Notes: generated by a model from the sequence alone, not told the origin. Shown: positions 1-9,889, numbered from the stretch's first letter. The stretch is 64,000 bases of DNA from an uncultured Peptoniphilaceae bacterium (GCA_964432945.1 CAYSPO010000001.1:21506-85505); one strand, 5' to 3'. A program made the numbers and translations.

Positions 1-825
1 GTAACGGATGGAATACTTATTTATTCTAGAGTAAAAAAATCTTTAGATAGTGAAATTCATATATCTGCAGGTGAAGGTGTTGGAATAATAACAAGAAAAA
101 ATTTATTCGGTGAAATAGGCGATCCAGCTATAAATCCAGTTCCCTTAAAGATGATTAGAAAAGAATTAGAAAATCTTGGTGGTGAACTTAGTGCAGAAAT
201 CTATGTACCAGAAGGTGAGGCTATTGCCAAGAGAACCTTCAATAGTCAATTAGGAATTAAAGGTGGAATTTCAATAATCGGGACTACTGGTTTAGTTAAG
301 CCAATGAGTACAGAAGCCTTGCTAAAAACTATTTACTTAGAAATAGATATGATTGCAGAAGAAAATATAAATAAGGGTATAGCCTTTGTTCCTGGTTCTT
401 ATGGAGAAGAACTTTATAGAAAAAGTAATATAAATCTTCAAGTAGTCAAAGTTTCTAACTATATGGGAGATGCTTTGATGTATGCAGCTAGTCTTGGTTT
501 TAAGAAAGTTGTTATATTTGGTCATGTAGGAAAATTATCTAAATTATCTATAGGAATTTTCAATACCCATAATAGAATTGCCGATGGAAGAAAAGAGTCT
601 TTTATTTATTATCTTGCTTTAGAAGGAGAAAATAAGCAAATTATAAATGCAGTTAATAAAAGCCAATCAGCTGAGCAAATTGTGGAGATTTTACTAGATA
701 AAGGGAAAAAATATATATTTGAAGAAATGAAAAAGGGAATTGAGGAAAGAGTAAAGTCTTACTTAAAGGATTCATCTCTTGATGTTAGTGTTTATATCTA
801 CTCAATGGAAAGAGGATTATTATGA
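1..825 (+). CDS. cbiD: cobalt-precorrin-5B C1-methyltransferase CbiD (5' end outside window)
   Basis: Frame 1 is open from base 1 and continuous with track ORF 151..825. Motifs GEGVGIITRK...AINPVP and IIGTTGLVKPMS are typical of CbiD. The TGA stop overlaps the next ATG (ATGA at 822..825). Confidence 0.85.
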   Translation, partial: VTDGILIYSRVKKSLDSEIHISAGEGVGIITRKNLFGEIGDPAINPVPLKMIRKELENLGGELSAEIYVPEGEAIAKRTFNSQLGIKGGISIIGTTGLVKPMSTEALLKTIYLEIDMIAEENINKGIAFVPGSYGEELYRKSNINLQVVKVSNYMGDALMYAASLGFKKVVIFGHVGKLSKLSIGIFNTHNRIADGRKESFIYYLALEGENKQIINAVNKSQSAEQIVEILLDKGKKYIFEEMKKGIEERVKSYLKDSSLDVSVYIYSMERGLL

Positions 826-1412
826 TAAAGGTTTGCGGAATTGGTCCAGGACATCCTGATTATTTAACTTTTGAGTCCTATAAAATAATTAAAGAATCAG
901 AGAAAGTTTATGCATTCAAAAGGGCTAAAGAAACTTTAAAAAATATAAGAGATGATATTATTGAAATTTCTTCTTTGAAAAATCTACTTCCTTTAGGAAA
1001 TGAAAATATAACAATACTTGCCTCAGGTGATCCTTTGTTTTTTGGAATTTGTAAGTATCTTAAAGATAAGGGAGTAGAAATAGAATCAGTTTCCCCTGGG
1101 ATCAGTTCTTACCAATATCTTATGGCTAAGCTAAATTTACCTTGGCAAGATGCCTTTCTTGGTTCACTTCATAATAGAGAAATAGATTTCAAAAATCTTT
1201 TAAGGGAAGAACTTATAATTTTACTTACTGATTTAGAAAATAATCCAAATTATATTTCTAAAGAACTGTCTAAAATAGGATTTCAAGGAAAAATAATAGC
1301 TGGTTATGACCTTTCTTATCCAGAAGAGAAAATTATAGAAAAAACTATTGGTGAGAGTTTTGATGAAAAAAATGGACTTGCAGTTGTGGTGGTAATAAAT
1401 GAGATGGTTTAA
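822..1412 (+). CDS. cbiE: cobalt-precorrin-7 C5-methyltransferase CbiE
   Basis: N-terminal tetrapyrrole-methylase motif VCGIGPGHPDYLT and ASGDPLFFG. It is translationally coupled between cbiD and cbiT. Confidence 0.85.
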   Translation: MIKVCGIGPGHPDYLTFESYKIIKESEKVYAFKRAKETLKNIRDDIIEISSLKNLLPLGNENITILASGDPLFFGICKYLKDKGVEIESVSPGISSYQYLMAKLNLPWQDAFLGSLHNREIDFKNLLREELIILLTDLENNPNYISKELSKIGFQGKIIAGYDLSYPEEKIIEKTIGESFDEKNGLAVVVVINEMV

Positions 1413-1959
1413 AGATGAAGATTTTATAAGAGATAAAGTGCCTATGTCAAAAGAGGAAGTCAGATTTATAACTTCTGCTCTTTTTCAAATAAAAGAAGGG
1501 GATAAAATACTTGATATCGGTACTGGAACTGGCTCGATGTCTTGTCAGTTTGCAGAACTTGGAGCGGATGTATATGGTATTGAGTCAAAAGAGTTAGCTT
1601 ATGATCTAACTATAAAGAATTTCGAAAACTTTGGACTTAAAGGCAAGTTTATAAAGGGATTTGCTCCTGAAGATCTAGATAAGTTAGGAGAAAACTCTTA
1701 CGATAAAGTTTTTATTGGAGGATCAAGAGGTAGACTAGAAGAAATCTTTCTTTACTTAGATAAAAATTTAAAAAACAGAGGAATTTTAATAGGAAATTTT
1801 ATTAGCCTTGATAATCTAAGTGAGTTTAGACATCTATTAAAGAAAAACTCATATTCAGATATTTCTTGTAGGCTAGTTCAAGTCTCTAAAGAAGATAAGC
1901 TGGGACTTATGAGGGGAGAAAACCCGATTTATATAATAAAAGGAGTAAAAAATGATTAG
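1399..1959 (+). CDS. cbiT: cobalt-precorrin-6B C15-methyltransferase (decarboxylating) CbiT
   Basis: Class I SAM-binding motif ILDIGTGTGSMS. Size and position directly after cbiE match the split cbiE/cbiT arrangement. Confidence 0.85.
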   Translation: MRWFKDEDFIRDKVPMSKEEVRFITSALFQIKEGDKILDIGTGTGSMSCQFAELGADVYGIESKELAYDLTIKNFENFGLKGKFIKGFAPEDLDKLGENSYDKVFIGGSRGRLEEIFLYLDKNLKNRGILIGNFISLDNLSEFRHLLKKNSYSDISCRLVQVSKEDKLGLMRGENPIYIIKGVKND

Positions 1960-2704
1960 TTTTGTAGGAGCAGGGCCAGGAGATCCGGATTTAATAACGG
2001 TTAAAGGAAGACGAATTTTAGAAAATGCAGATGTAATTATTTATGCTGGAAGTCTTGTTGATCCTTCTCATTTAGAAGTTAATCAAGAAGCAGAGATTTA
2101 TAATTCAGCCAAAATGAACTTAGATGAAGTTTTAGATGTAATGGTTAGGGCTGACAAGGCTGGCAAGGATGTTTGTAGGTTACATACTGGGGATCCAACT
2201 ATTTATGGAGCTATCCAAGAACAGATGGATTATTTAGAAAAACTAGATATTTCCTATGAACTAATTCCTGGAGTAAGTTCTTTTTCAGCTGCAGCTTGTG
2301 CAATTAAAAGAGAATTTACTTTGCCTGATGTAAGTCAAACTATAATTTTAACGAGAATTGCAGGAAGAACTCCAGTACCTGAGAAAGAAAAACTCTCTAG
2401 CCTTGCTCAGCATAGGGCGTCAATGGCAATCTTTCTTTCTGTCCAAGATATTGAATCGGTGGTAGGAGAACTTTTAGAATCTTATAGGGAAGATACACCT
2501 GTAGCAGTTGTTTATAGGGCGAGTTGGTCTGATGAAAAGATTGTAATTTCAATCTTAAAAGATATAGCTGAAAAAGTTAAAGATGCAGATATAAATAGAC
2601 AGGCTCAAATCCTTGTAGGAGATTTTATAGACACAGAATATTCTAAATCTAAACTTTACGATAAAAACTTCACTACTGGATATCGAAAGGCTGAAGATGA
2701 TTAG
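1952..2704 (+). CDS. cbiF: cobalt-precorrin-4 C11-methyltransferase CbiF
   Basis: Has FVGAGPGDPDLITVKG, HTGDPTIYGA and PGVSSF motifs of tetrapyrrole methylases, and CbiF-like length. Confidence 0.9.
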   Translation: MISFVGAGPGDPDLITVKGRRILENADVIIYAGSLVDPSHLEVNQEAEIYNSAKMNLDEVLDVMVRADKAGKDVCRLHTGDPTIYGAIQEQMDYLEKLDISYELIPGVSSFSAAACAIKREFTLPDVSQTIILTRIAGRTPVPEKEKLSSLAQHRASMAIFLSVQDIESVVGELLESYREDTPVAVVYRASWSDEKIVISILKDIAEKVKDADINRQAQILVGDFIDTEYSKSKLYDKNFTTGYRKAEDD

Positions 2705-3683
2705 CATAATTTCATTTACTTCTAGTGGATTTAAAATTGGGAAGAAAATAGAAAATCATTTTGAAAATTGTAAGCATTATTATCATAAAGACTTAGGCGT
2801 AAAAGTTAGCTCTTTAATGAAAGATATATACGAAGAAAGCCAAGCAATAGTTTTTATTTCGGCAACTGGTATAGCTGTTAGAATGATTAGCCCCTATATA
2901 AAGAATAAAAAAGTTGATCCAGCTGTTTTAGTTATAGATGACCAAGGTAGATTTATAATTCCTTTATTTAGTGGTCACTTGGGAGGAGCCAATGAACTTA
3001 GCAAAAAAATTACAGAGCTTTTTCCTAAATCTACACTCGTTATAACTACAGCTTCTGATTCAAGAGGCTTTATAAGTCCTGACTTATTTGTAAAAGATAT
3101 GGGTTTTTATTTTTACAACGAAGAAAAATTAACGGAATTTACTTCGGCCATGGTAGAAGGAGAAAAGATTTATTTATATAGTGAAGTAGAGATTAATTGG
3201 GACTATCCAAACTTTATAAGGATAGATAGTCTTGAAAACATAAAAGATTCTGAAAAACTTATTTATATATCTTCTAGGAAAATTTCAGGGAAATATAATT
3301 ATTTACAAATTATTCCTAAAAATCTCCACCTAGGGATTGGTTGTAGAAGAGGAGTTAGCTCTAAGCTTATGAGAGAGTTTGTTGAAGAAGTATTTAAGGA
3401 TAATAAACTTTTACCAGAGGCTATAGAAAGTATTTCTTCAATAGATCTAAAATCTGATGAGCAAGGAATTTTAGAGTTAGCTAAGAATTACAAAGCTAAA
3501 ACTATTTTTTATAGAACAGAAGAATTACAGGAAGTTGAATATATGTTTGAGATTTCAGAATTTGTAAGAAAAACTGTAGGAACAGGATCTGTGGCAGAAG
3601 CTTCATGCTATTTAACTAGTAAAAATATTATTGTTGATAAAAAAAATGCTCCTAGTATGACGCTCGCTGTAGGGAGGAAATAA
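2697..3683 (+). CDS. cbiG: cobalt-precorrin-5A hydrolase CbiG
   Basis: Two-domain 328-aa protein with a C-terminal LGIGCRRG motif and GTGSVAEA. It lies between cbiF and cbiH. Confidence 0.8.
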   Translation: MISIISFTSSGFKIGKKIENHFENCKHYYHKDLGVKVSSLMKDIYEESQAIVFISATGIAVRMISPYIKNKKVDPAVLVIDDQGRFIIPLFSGHLGGANELSKKITELFPKSTLVITTASDSRGFISPDLFVKDMGFYFYNEEKLTEFTSAMVEGEKIYLYSEVEINWDYPNFIRIDSLENIKDSEKLIYISSRKISGKYNYLQIIPKNLHLGIGCRRGVSSKLMREFVEEVFKDNKLLPEAIESISSIDLKSDEQGILELAKNYKAKTIFYRTEELQEVEYMFEISEFVRKTVGTGSVAEASCYLTSKNIIVDKKNAPSMTLAVGRK

Positions 3684-4426
3684 TGAATAAACTTTATATT
3701 ATAGGTATAGGACCAGGTGGAGCTGGCTCTATGACTTTAGATGCTATTGATAAGATTAAAGAATCGGATGCTATTGTTGCTTATGGCCCATATTTAGATT
3801 ATATAAAAGAAGCTATTGATATTGAAGGAAAAGAAACTTTTACTTCAGGAATGACTAAAGAAATAGAAAGATGTCAAAAGGCAATAGATTTAGCTTTAGA
3901 AGGAAAAACAACTTCTATTCTTTCTACAGGAGATGCTGGTCAATATGGAATGGCAGGTCCCATTTATGAGCTTTTAATTGAACAAGGAAAGATTAATAAA
4001 GTGTGTGTAGAGGTTATTCCTGGTGTTGGAGCTATATATGCAGCAGCTGCAGAAGTTGGAGCTCCGATAATGATGGACCTTGCTTTAATTAGTCTTTCTG
4101 ATTTATTAGTTCCTTGGGAAACAATTGAAAAAAGATTAGATAAGGCAGCAGATGCTGATTTTGTTATAGGAATATACAACCCTAGATCTAAAACTAGAGT
4201 TAAGCATTTACCGAGAGCTTTAGAGATAATAGGGAAATATAGAGATAAGGAAACTCCTGTAGCTTTAGTAAGAAATGCAGGAAGAGATGATACTTATATT
4301 GAATTAAGTAATTTAAATGATTTTGACTATGAAAAAGCTGATATGAAATCCTTGGTTATAGTGGGTAACTCTACAAGTATGATAAAAGAGGGACTGATGA
4401 TTACCAAAAGGGGATACAATATTTGA
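3683..4426 (+). CDS. cbiH: cobalt-precorrin-3B C17-methyltransferase CbiH
   Basis: Has YIIGIGPGG, STGDAGQYGMAG and PGVGAIYAAAA motifs. ATG overlaps the cbiG stop. Confidence 0.9.
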   Translation: MNKLYIIGIGPGGAGSMTLDAIDKIKESDAIVAYGPYLDYIKEAIDIEGKETFTSGMTKEIERCQKAIDLALEGKTTSILSTGDAGQYGMAGPIYELLIEQGKINKVCVEVIPGVGAIYAAAAEVGAPIMMDLALISLSDLLVPWETIEKRLDKAADADFVIGIYNPRSKTRVKHLPRALEIIGKYRDKETPVALVRNAGRDDTYIELSNLNDFDYEKADMKSLVIVGNSTSMIKEGLMITKRGYNI

Positions 4427-5154
4427 TTTGGTTAATTGGCGGGACTAGTGAAGCTAAACAATTTGTGGATAAGTTTCCTATGTCAGAAAAATTAATAGTA
4501 AGTGTTACTACAAACTATGGAGCGTCTTTAATTAAAGACTGTAAAGTAAAAATATCTGCTATGGATTACGAAGAAATGAAAGAATTTGTAGAGGAAAATA
4601 ACATCAGTGGAATCATAGATATGTCCCATCCATTTGCAGAAATAGTAACAAGTAATGCTCAAAAAATATCTAAGGACATGAAAATTAAATACCTTAGATA
4701 CATAAGACCTATTACCTCTAAGGCTGATTATAGTTTTAAAGAAATGAAAGAATTTGAAAAGTTTTCTAAAGAGAATAAAGGTACATATTTCATTACCGTT
4801 GGAAGTAAAATGATTGGGGAACTTGAAAGTATAAAAAACAAGAATAGATTTATTTATAGGATTCTTCCAATGACTAAAAGTATAGAAATTTGTAGAAAAT
4901 ATAATATTAAATTAGAGGATATTGTTTGTATGAAAGGACCTTTTTCTTTAGATATGAATATAGCTTTTCTAAAAGAATTTTCTGCTGATTATATGCTTAT
5001 GAAAGATAGTGGAGAAGCTGGAGGAATGGAAGCTAAGTTAGGAGCTTGTGAAAAATTAGGAATAAATTCTTTAGCTTTTACCAGAAAATCAGAAGAAGGA
5101 ATACAAGATATAGATGAACTTATATACAAAGCTATTGTTCTATTAGGAGAATAG
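4423..5154 (+). CDS. cbiJ: cobalt-precorrin-6A reductase CbiJ
   Basis: TTG start overlaps the cbiH stop (TTGA). Has N-terminal LIGGTSEA and MKDSGEAGG motifs of the CobK/CbiJ family. Confidence 0.8.
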   Translation: MIWLIGGTSEAKQFVDKFPMSEKLIVSVTTNYGASLIKDCKVKISAMDYEEMKEFVEENNISGIIDMSHPFAEIVTSNAQKISKDMKIKYLRYIRPITSKADYSFKEMKEFEKFSKENKGTYFITVGSKMIGELESIKNKNRFIYRILPMTKSIEICRKYNIKLEDIVCMKGPFSLDMNIAFLKEFSADYMLMKDSGEAGGMEAKLGACEKLGINSLAFTRKSEEGIQDIDELIYKAIVLLGE

Positions 5155-5158
5155 GAAA

Positions 5159-5836
5159 ATGTATATTCCAATAATGTTAAAAGTAAAAAATAAAAAAGTT
5201 AAAGTTTTTGGGGGAGGGCCTGTTGCTTATAGAAAATCTAAGAAATTTTTAGATGAAGGAGCAGAAGTAACAGTTATAAGCCCTGATTTTATAAAAAAAT
5301 TTGAAGATATAAAAGATTTTTGTATAAAAAGACCTTACAAGAAAAGTGATTTACTAGATATAGATATAGTTATAGCTGCCACTAATGATAGAAATATAAA
5401 CTTAGAAATTTCATCTTACTGCGAGGATAAAGGTATTCTTGTTAATGTTGCAGACTCTAAAGAAGAGTCCAGCTTCATACTACCTTCAAAAATAGATACA
5501 GGTGGTTTAGTAATTTCTTTTTCTACATTAGGAAAATATCCAGCATTATCTAGGTCTTTAAGAATGGAATTAGAAGATAAGTTTTCAATTTATGATAAAG
5601 AATATTTAGATTTATTAGAATTATATAGGCAAAAAATATTAAAAGAAAACCCTGAAAATAAGCTGGAGCTTCTTAGACAGGCACTAACTTATAGTAAGGG
5701 GGAAATTGAAAATTTGCTATATTTAATATTTTATAATATAGATGGGAATGAGGTTAGAATCCTCAGCAGCCCCGCTACTGTATTACTGAGCAAACCTAGA
5801 TATGCCACTGAAAGGGAAGGCCTAGGTAAGCTTTGA
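5159..5836 (+). CDS. precorrin-2 dehydrogenase / sirohydrochlorin ferrochelatase (SirC / CysG N-terminal type)
   Basis: Rossmann motif VFGGGPVAYRKSKKFLDEGAEVTVISP and AATNDRNIN resemble the siroheme-synthase N-terminal domain. The last ~30 codons read into the riboswitch aptamer. Confidence 0.7.
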   Translation: MYIPIMLKVKNKKVKVFGGGPVAYRKSKKFLDEGAEVTVISPDFIKKFEDIKDFCIKRPYKKSDLLDIDIVIAATNDRNINLEISSYCEDKGILVNVADSKEESSFILPSKIDTGGLVISFSTLGKYPALSRSLRMELEDKFSIYDKEYLDLLELYRQKILKENPENKLELLRQALTYSKGEIENLLYLIFYNIDGNEVRILSSPATVLLSKPRYATEREGLGKL

Positions 5837-5870
5837 CGTTAAGCCAGGACACCAGAATTCTTCGGAGGGA
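5735..5870 (+). promoter_or_regulatory. cobalamin (B12) riboswitch upstream of cbiMNQO
   Basis: Conserved blocks are present: GGGAAUGAGGUUAGAAUCCUC, GCCCCGCUACUGUA, GCCACUG, GGGAAGGC, and the B12 box AAGCCAGGACACC. The downstream CUUCUCCU (5882..5889) could pair with the cbiM RBS AGGAGGG (5901..5907). Confidence 0.85.
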
Positions 5871-5911
5871 AGTATATTTACTTCTCCTAGCAAAAATAAT
5901 AGGAGGGAAAA

Positions 5912-6637
5912 ATGAAGAAAAAAGCTAAAAAATTATTAAAAGTTTATGTGTTATTAGCTGTCATTTTATTGCCAACAATGGCAGGAGCTATGCACATAAT
6001 GGAAGGATATCTACCAAAGGTACATTCATTAATTTGGTCATTGATTTCACTTCCATTTGTAATCTACGGTGCAAAGAGTGCATCAAAAGTAACAAAGGAG
6101 TACCCTGATAAAAAGCTATTACTAGCAATGGCAGGTGCTTTTACATTTTTATTATCATCATTAAAAATACCATCAGTAACAGGATCTTGTTCTCATCCAA
6201 CTGGTATAGGTTTTGGAGCAATTATATTTGGGCCAGGACCGATGTTTATAATTGGAGTTATTGTTTTATTATTCCAAGCTTTGTTATTAGCTCATGGAGG
6301 AATTACAACTCTTGGAGCAAATACTTTTTCAATGGCTATTGTTGGTTCTCTAGTTTCTTATGGACTATTTAAGTCACTGAAAAAAACAGGAATAAATGAA
6401 TATGTAAATGTATTTATTGCTGTAACTCTAGGAAATCTTGCAACTTATGCAACAACTGCTCTGCAATTAGCAATAGCTTTTCCAGCAGGAAATTTTGCAG
6501 GTGAATTAGTTAAGTACCTTTCAATATTTGCTCTAACCCAAGTTCCTATTGCAATAGTAGAAGGTTTATTATCTACTTTAATTTATGAAAGAGTTAAGAA
6601 ATATGACGGTGGAGGTTTATTATATGAAAACATCTAG
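5912..6637 (+). CDS. cbiM: cobalt ECF transporter substrate-capture component CbiM
   Basis: After the signal-like N-terminus there is an MHIMEGYLP motif. Polytopic membrane protein, followed by cbiN/Q/O. Confidence 0.9.
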   Translation: MKKKAKKLLKVYVLLAVILLPTMAGAMHIMEGYLPKVHSLIWSLISLPFVIYGAKSASKVTKEYPDKKLLLAMAGAFTFLLSSLKIPSVTGSCSHPTGIGFGAIIFGPGPMFIIGVIVLLFQALLLAHGGITTLGANTFSMAIVGSLVSYGLFKSLKKTGINEYVNVFIAVTLGNLATYATTALQLAIAFPAGNFAGELVKYLSIFALTQVPIAIVEGLLSTLIYERVKKYDGGGLLYENI

Positions 6638-6908
6638 TAAGGTAATAATTATAATTTTAATCCTAGCAATTATAATTGCTCCGCTTTATCTGCTTCCAGA
6701 TGCAGATTTCGAAGGAGCAGATGATGAAGGTATGGACACTCTTGCTGAAAATAACCCAGAATATGAAGCATGGGCAGAACCATTTATTGAACCAGCTAGT
6801 GGGGAAATAGAATCACTTTTATTTGCCAGCCAAGCAGCTCTAGGAGCATCTGTAATTGGATATTATTTTGGAGTAAGTAAAGGTAAAAGAAATGTTGAAG
6901 ATAGATAA
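6624..6908 (+). CDS. cbiN: cobalt transport protein CbiN
   Basis: Small two-TM protein. I prefer ATG 6624, preceded by GGAGG, over the track start 6585. Confidence 0.8.
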   Translation: MKTSSKVIIIILILAIIIAPLYLLPDADFEGADDEGMDTLAENNPEYEAWAEPFIEPASGEIESLLFASQAALGASVIGYYFGVSKGKRNVEDR

Positions 6909-7569
6909 ACTTGCCTATGAGAATAATTTATTTAAAATTAGGCCAAGTTTAAAAGTGGGCATGAGTATGTTATTACTCATGCTCTCTATTATTATAGACA
7001 ATAATTTTATTAAGTTTAATATAGTATTATTAAATATTTTAGTTTGTATAGTTTTTGCTAAAATTCCTTTTTTAGAATATTTGAAGTTATATAGAATACC
7101 TTTAGTTTTTCTTATATTAGGTCTGGTTAGTATGATTTTATCAATAAGTAAAGACAACAGGGACTATATATTTTCCTTTAATGTTTTTAATTTTTATCTT
7201 GGAGTCTCTGAGAATTCTCTGATTAATGGATTTAACACTTTTATTAGGTCTATTTCAGCATTAAGTTCTACCTATTCTTTGATATTAACTACTCCAATTA
7301 ACCAGCTTATTAATTTTCTGAAATCCATAAAATTTCCTATTATAATTACTGAACAGCTACTGCTTATATACAGATTTATAAATGTATTTTTAGAAGAACT
7401 AGAAAAAATGAAAATAGCAATGGAGTTAAAGCAAGGATATGGTAAAAAGAAAAATTGGATAAAAAGTCTTTCTCTTATAGGAAGTTCATTGTTTATAAAA
7501 ATAATGAATTCTTTTAAGGATTATTCTTTAACACTTGAACTTAAACACTTTAATGGAGACTTTTATTAG
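6892..7569 (+). CDS. cbiQ: cobalt ECF transporter T component CbiQ
   Basis: Polytopic membrane protein of about 225 aa between cbiN and the ECF ATPase. Overlaps the cbiN end. Confidence 0.8.
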   Translation: MLKIDKLAYENNLFKIRPSLKVGMSMLLLMLSIIIDNNFIKFNIVLLNILVCIVFAKIPFLEYLKLYRIPLVFLILGLVSMILSISKDNRDYIFSFNVFNFYLGVSENSLINGFNTFIRSISALSSTYSLILTTPINQLINFLKSIKFPIIITEQLLLIYRFINVFLEELEKMKIAMELKQGYGKKKNWIKSLSLIGSSLFIKIMNSFKDYSLTLELKHFNGDFY

Positions 7570-7577
7570 GTGATTTT

Positions 7578-8393
7578 ATGATAGAGATTAAAAACTTGTG
7601 CTTTAAATATGACAATGGATATGAAGCTTTAAAAAATATTAATATGGAAATTAAAGAAGGACAAATTATCGGACTTATTGGAGAGAACGGATCTGGTAAA
7701 TCAACTCTTTTCCTTTCTATCCTAGGAATTAACAAAAAATCTCAAGGTGATATTTTATTCAGAGGTGAAAGTATCTCTTACAAGAAAACTTTTATGAGAG
7801 ATTATAGAAAAAAAGTAAATATGGTATTGCAAGATCCAGACAAACAAATATTTTATTCTGATGTCTATTCAGATATAGCCTTTGGACTTAAAAATTTAGG
7901 ATTAAGCGATAATGAGATTAAAAAAAGAGTAAATTCATCTTTGGAAGATTTAGAAATAAGTAATTTGAAAGATAAGGCTGTTCATTACTTAAGCTATGGC
8001 CAAAAGAAACGGCTTACGATTGCAGGGGTATTAGCTATGAATCCAGAGCTTATTCTATTAGATGAGCCTACAGCAGGCCTAGACCCTAGGCTTACCAAAC
8101 AGATGGTTAAAACCATTAAAAAATTAAAAGATAATAGTAAAACTATTTTAGTTTCATCTCATGATATGGATTTTATTTATGAAGTTTGTGACTATATATA
8201 TGTTATCAATAAAGGACAAATTATTAGTAATGGAAAGCCAGAAGAAGTTTTTATAGATGAAGAAAAAATTATATCTGCAGGTTTAAGTTTACCAATGTTA
8301 GTTAAACTCCATGTTAATACAAATTTACCTCTTTTTAAAGATGAAGATAGACTTTATAAATATATAAATAAATATAAAAATAATAATCAGTAA
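7578..8393 (+). CDS. cbiO: cobalt ECF transporter ATPase CbiO
   Basis: Walker A GENGSGKST, signature LSYGQKKR, Walker B LILLDEPTAGLD. Confidence 0.85.
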   Translation: MIEIKNLCFKYDNGYEALKNINMEIKEGQIIGLIGENGSGKSTLFLSILGINKKSQGDILFRGESISYKKTFMRDYRKKVNMVLQDPDKQIFYSDVYSDIAFGLKNLGLSDNEIKKRVNSSLEDLEISNLKDKAVHYLSYGQKKRLTIAGVLAMNPELILLDEPTAGLDPRLTKQMVKTIKKLKDNSKTILVSSHDMDFIYEVCDYIYVINKGQIISNGKPEEVFIDEEKIISAGLSLPMLVKLHVNTNLPLFKDEDRLYKYINKYKNNNQ

Positions 8394-8502
8394 CATAAAC
8401 TAATAAGTTATTACAGTAAAGTAATATATTAAAGCAAAAGAAATATTGAGTTACAGAGTTATTCAAGTTAAATAACATGTTATTTCTAAAATAAATATTA
8501 AT

Positions 8503-8545
8503 AAAATAGCTTACTATAAAGAAAGTTTATAGTAAGCTATTTTGT
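8503..8545 (+). terminator. rho-independent terminator after cbiO
   Basis: About 18-bp stem AAATAGCTTACTATAAA / TTTATAGTAAGCTATTT with loop GAAAG, followed by a T run. Confidence 0.75.
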
Positions 8546-8665
8546 TCTTATAAAATTTATCAAAGAATTATTGTAATATATTACTTGCGTGGTAAATTAA
8601 AACAATATATCACTATTATATTAAGAATAAAAAGGTTTATATGTAAAAATACAAGAGGTGAAAAA

Positions 8666-9832
8666 ATGAAAAAAGGATTAATATTAACTTTATTATCATT
8701 TGTTTTAGTTTTTTCAGTAGGTTGTAATCAAACAACAGAAACTGAAGCTACAACTGAAGGAAATAAAGAAGTAGCAGAAACTACCGAAGCTACAACTGAA
8801 GAAGAAAAAGTAACACAAACTGAAGAAGTTTCAGAAACAGAAGAATCTGAAGAAGAAGAAACTGAAAAAGTTTGGCCAGAAGAATTAAAAGGTAAACTAA
8901 CTTTTGAAGTGGATCTTTCAAAACACGAATCAGATAAACCAGTTCGCCTATGGCTACCAGCAGCTCAGTCAGATGAATATCAAGAAATTTCTAATGTTGA
9001 AGTAGTAGTTGATGAACAAACAGCTACAACACAAACAAATAAAGATGACTTAGGAAATGAAATGATATACATTGAATTTTCTCCTGAAGCTAAAGAACGT
9101 AAAGCAATATATTCTTTTGACCTAGTTAGAAAAGAAATCAAAGCTCCTAAATTTGCTGAAGAAGAAGATTTTGATGCAGCAGAATATGAAGAATATCTTT
9201 CATCATCTAACCTAATGCCTTTAGATGGTAAAATTAAAGAACTTTCTGATGAAATAACAAAAGGAAAAGAAACAGTAGAAGATAAGGCTTTAGCTATCCA
9301 CGAATGGATTTTTGAAAATATGGTTCGTAATGATGATGTAACAGGATGTGGTCTAGGAGATGTGGAAAGCACATTAGTATCTTTAGATGGTAAATGTACT
9401 GATATTGGATCAGTTAATATAGCATTATTAAGAGCTGCAGGAATACCAGCAAGAGAAATATTTGGTGTTCGTTTGAAAGACGAATCAGGCGTTTCTGATG
9501 TTACTAAAAGCCAACACTGTTGGGTTGAATATTATCAACCAGGAACAGGCTGGGTAACAACAGATGTTGCAGATGTTCTAAGAGCTGTTCTATATGAAGA
9601 TTTAGAAAAAGATGGAGATAAAGCACAAGAAATAAAAGAATTCTACTTTGGAAATCTAGATGCTGTTCGTGTTGGATTAACAACAGGAAGAGATTTAACT
9701 TTAGTTCCAGAACAAGAAGCTCCATTTGTAAATCAATTTGGCTACCCATATGCTGAAGTTGATGGAGAACCTCTTGATTTCTATAATTCTGAAGAATTCG
9801 CATACAGCATAACTTTTGAAAAAGCTGAATAA
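8666..9832 (+). CDS. transglutaminase-like lipoprotein
   Basis: ATG 8666 gives a signal peptide plus lipobox (LVFSVGC). An acidic T/E-rich linker follows. Cys-His-Asp core GKCTDIGS...QHCWVEYY...GWVTTD matches the transglutaminase-like fold. Confidence 0.7.
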   Translation: MKKGLILTLLSFVLVFSVGCNQTTETEATTEGNKEVAETTEATTEEEKVTQTEEVSETEESEEEETEKVWPEELKGKLTFEVDLSKHESDKPVRLWLPAAQSDEYQEISNVEVVVDEQTATTQTNKDDLGNEMIYIEFSPEAKERKAIYSFDLVRKEIKAPKFAEEEDFDAAEYEEYLSSSNLMPLDGKIKELSDEITKGKETVEDKALAIHEWIFENMVRNDDVTGCGLGDVESTLVSLDGKCTDIGSVNIALLRAAGIPAREIFGVRLKDESGVSDVTKSQHCWVEYYQPGTGWVTTDVADVLRAVLYEDLEKDGDKAQEIKEFYFGNLDAVRVGLTTGRDLTLVPEQEAPFVNQFGYPYAEVDGEPLDFYNSEEFAYSITFEKAE

Positions 9833-9855
9833 TCCTAAAAAAATCTAAAATATTA

Positions 9856-9889
9856 AACCACCTAGATTTAGGTGGTTTTTCTTTTTTTA
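9856..9889 (+). terminator. rho-independent terminator
   Basis: AACCACCTA-GATT-TAGGTGGTT stem-loop followed by TTTTCTTTTTTT. Confidence 0.7.

Noticed and set aside
337-525. Antisense or alternate-frame track ORFs lying inside well-supported genes: 337..525, 3964..4179, 4989..5171, 6187..6372, 6915..7157, 7550..7735, 8980..9372, 9504..9803, 10438..10647, 10804..11019, 11013..11210, 12172..12498, 13218..13439, 14533..14718, 14896..15120, 16045..16245, 16512..16721, 16627..16809, 16897..17151, 28262..28465, 30550..30801, 32542..32775, 37515..37745, 38994..39242, 40749..40931, 42412..42639, 44423..44656, 45207..45482, 46127..46366, 46751..46951, 48027..48335, 48669..48908, 51056..51247, 51477..51671, 53564..53773, 54988..55218, 61068..61259 and 61502..61744.
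   Set aside because: These are shadow ORFs opposite or overlapping genes with clear family motifs. They have low-complexity or hydrophobic translations, no RBS and no recognisable motifs.
8470-8485. A perfect 16-bp palindrome, AAATAACATGTTATTT, downstream of cbiO.
   Set aside because: It lies in the 3' UTR before the real terminator (8503..8545), has no associated regulator or promoter, and has no second copy in the window. In AT-rich DNA it is likely to be chance.
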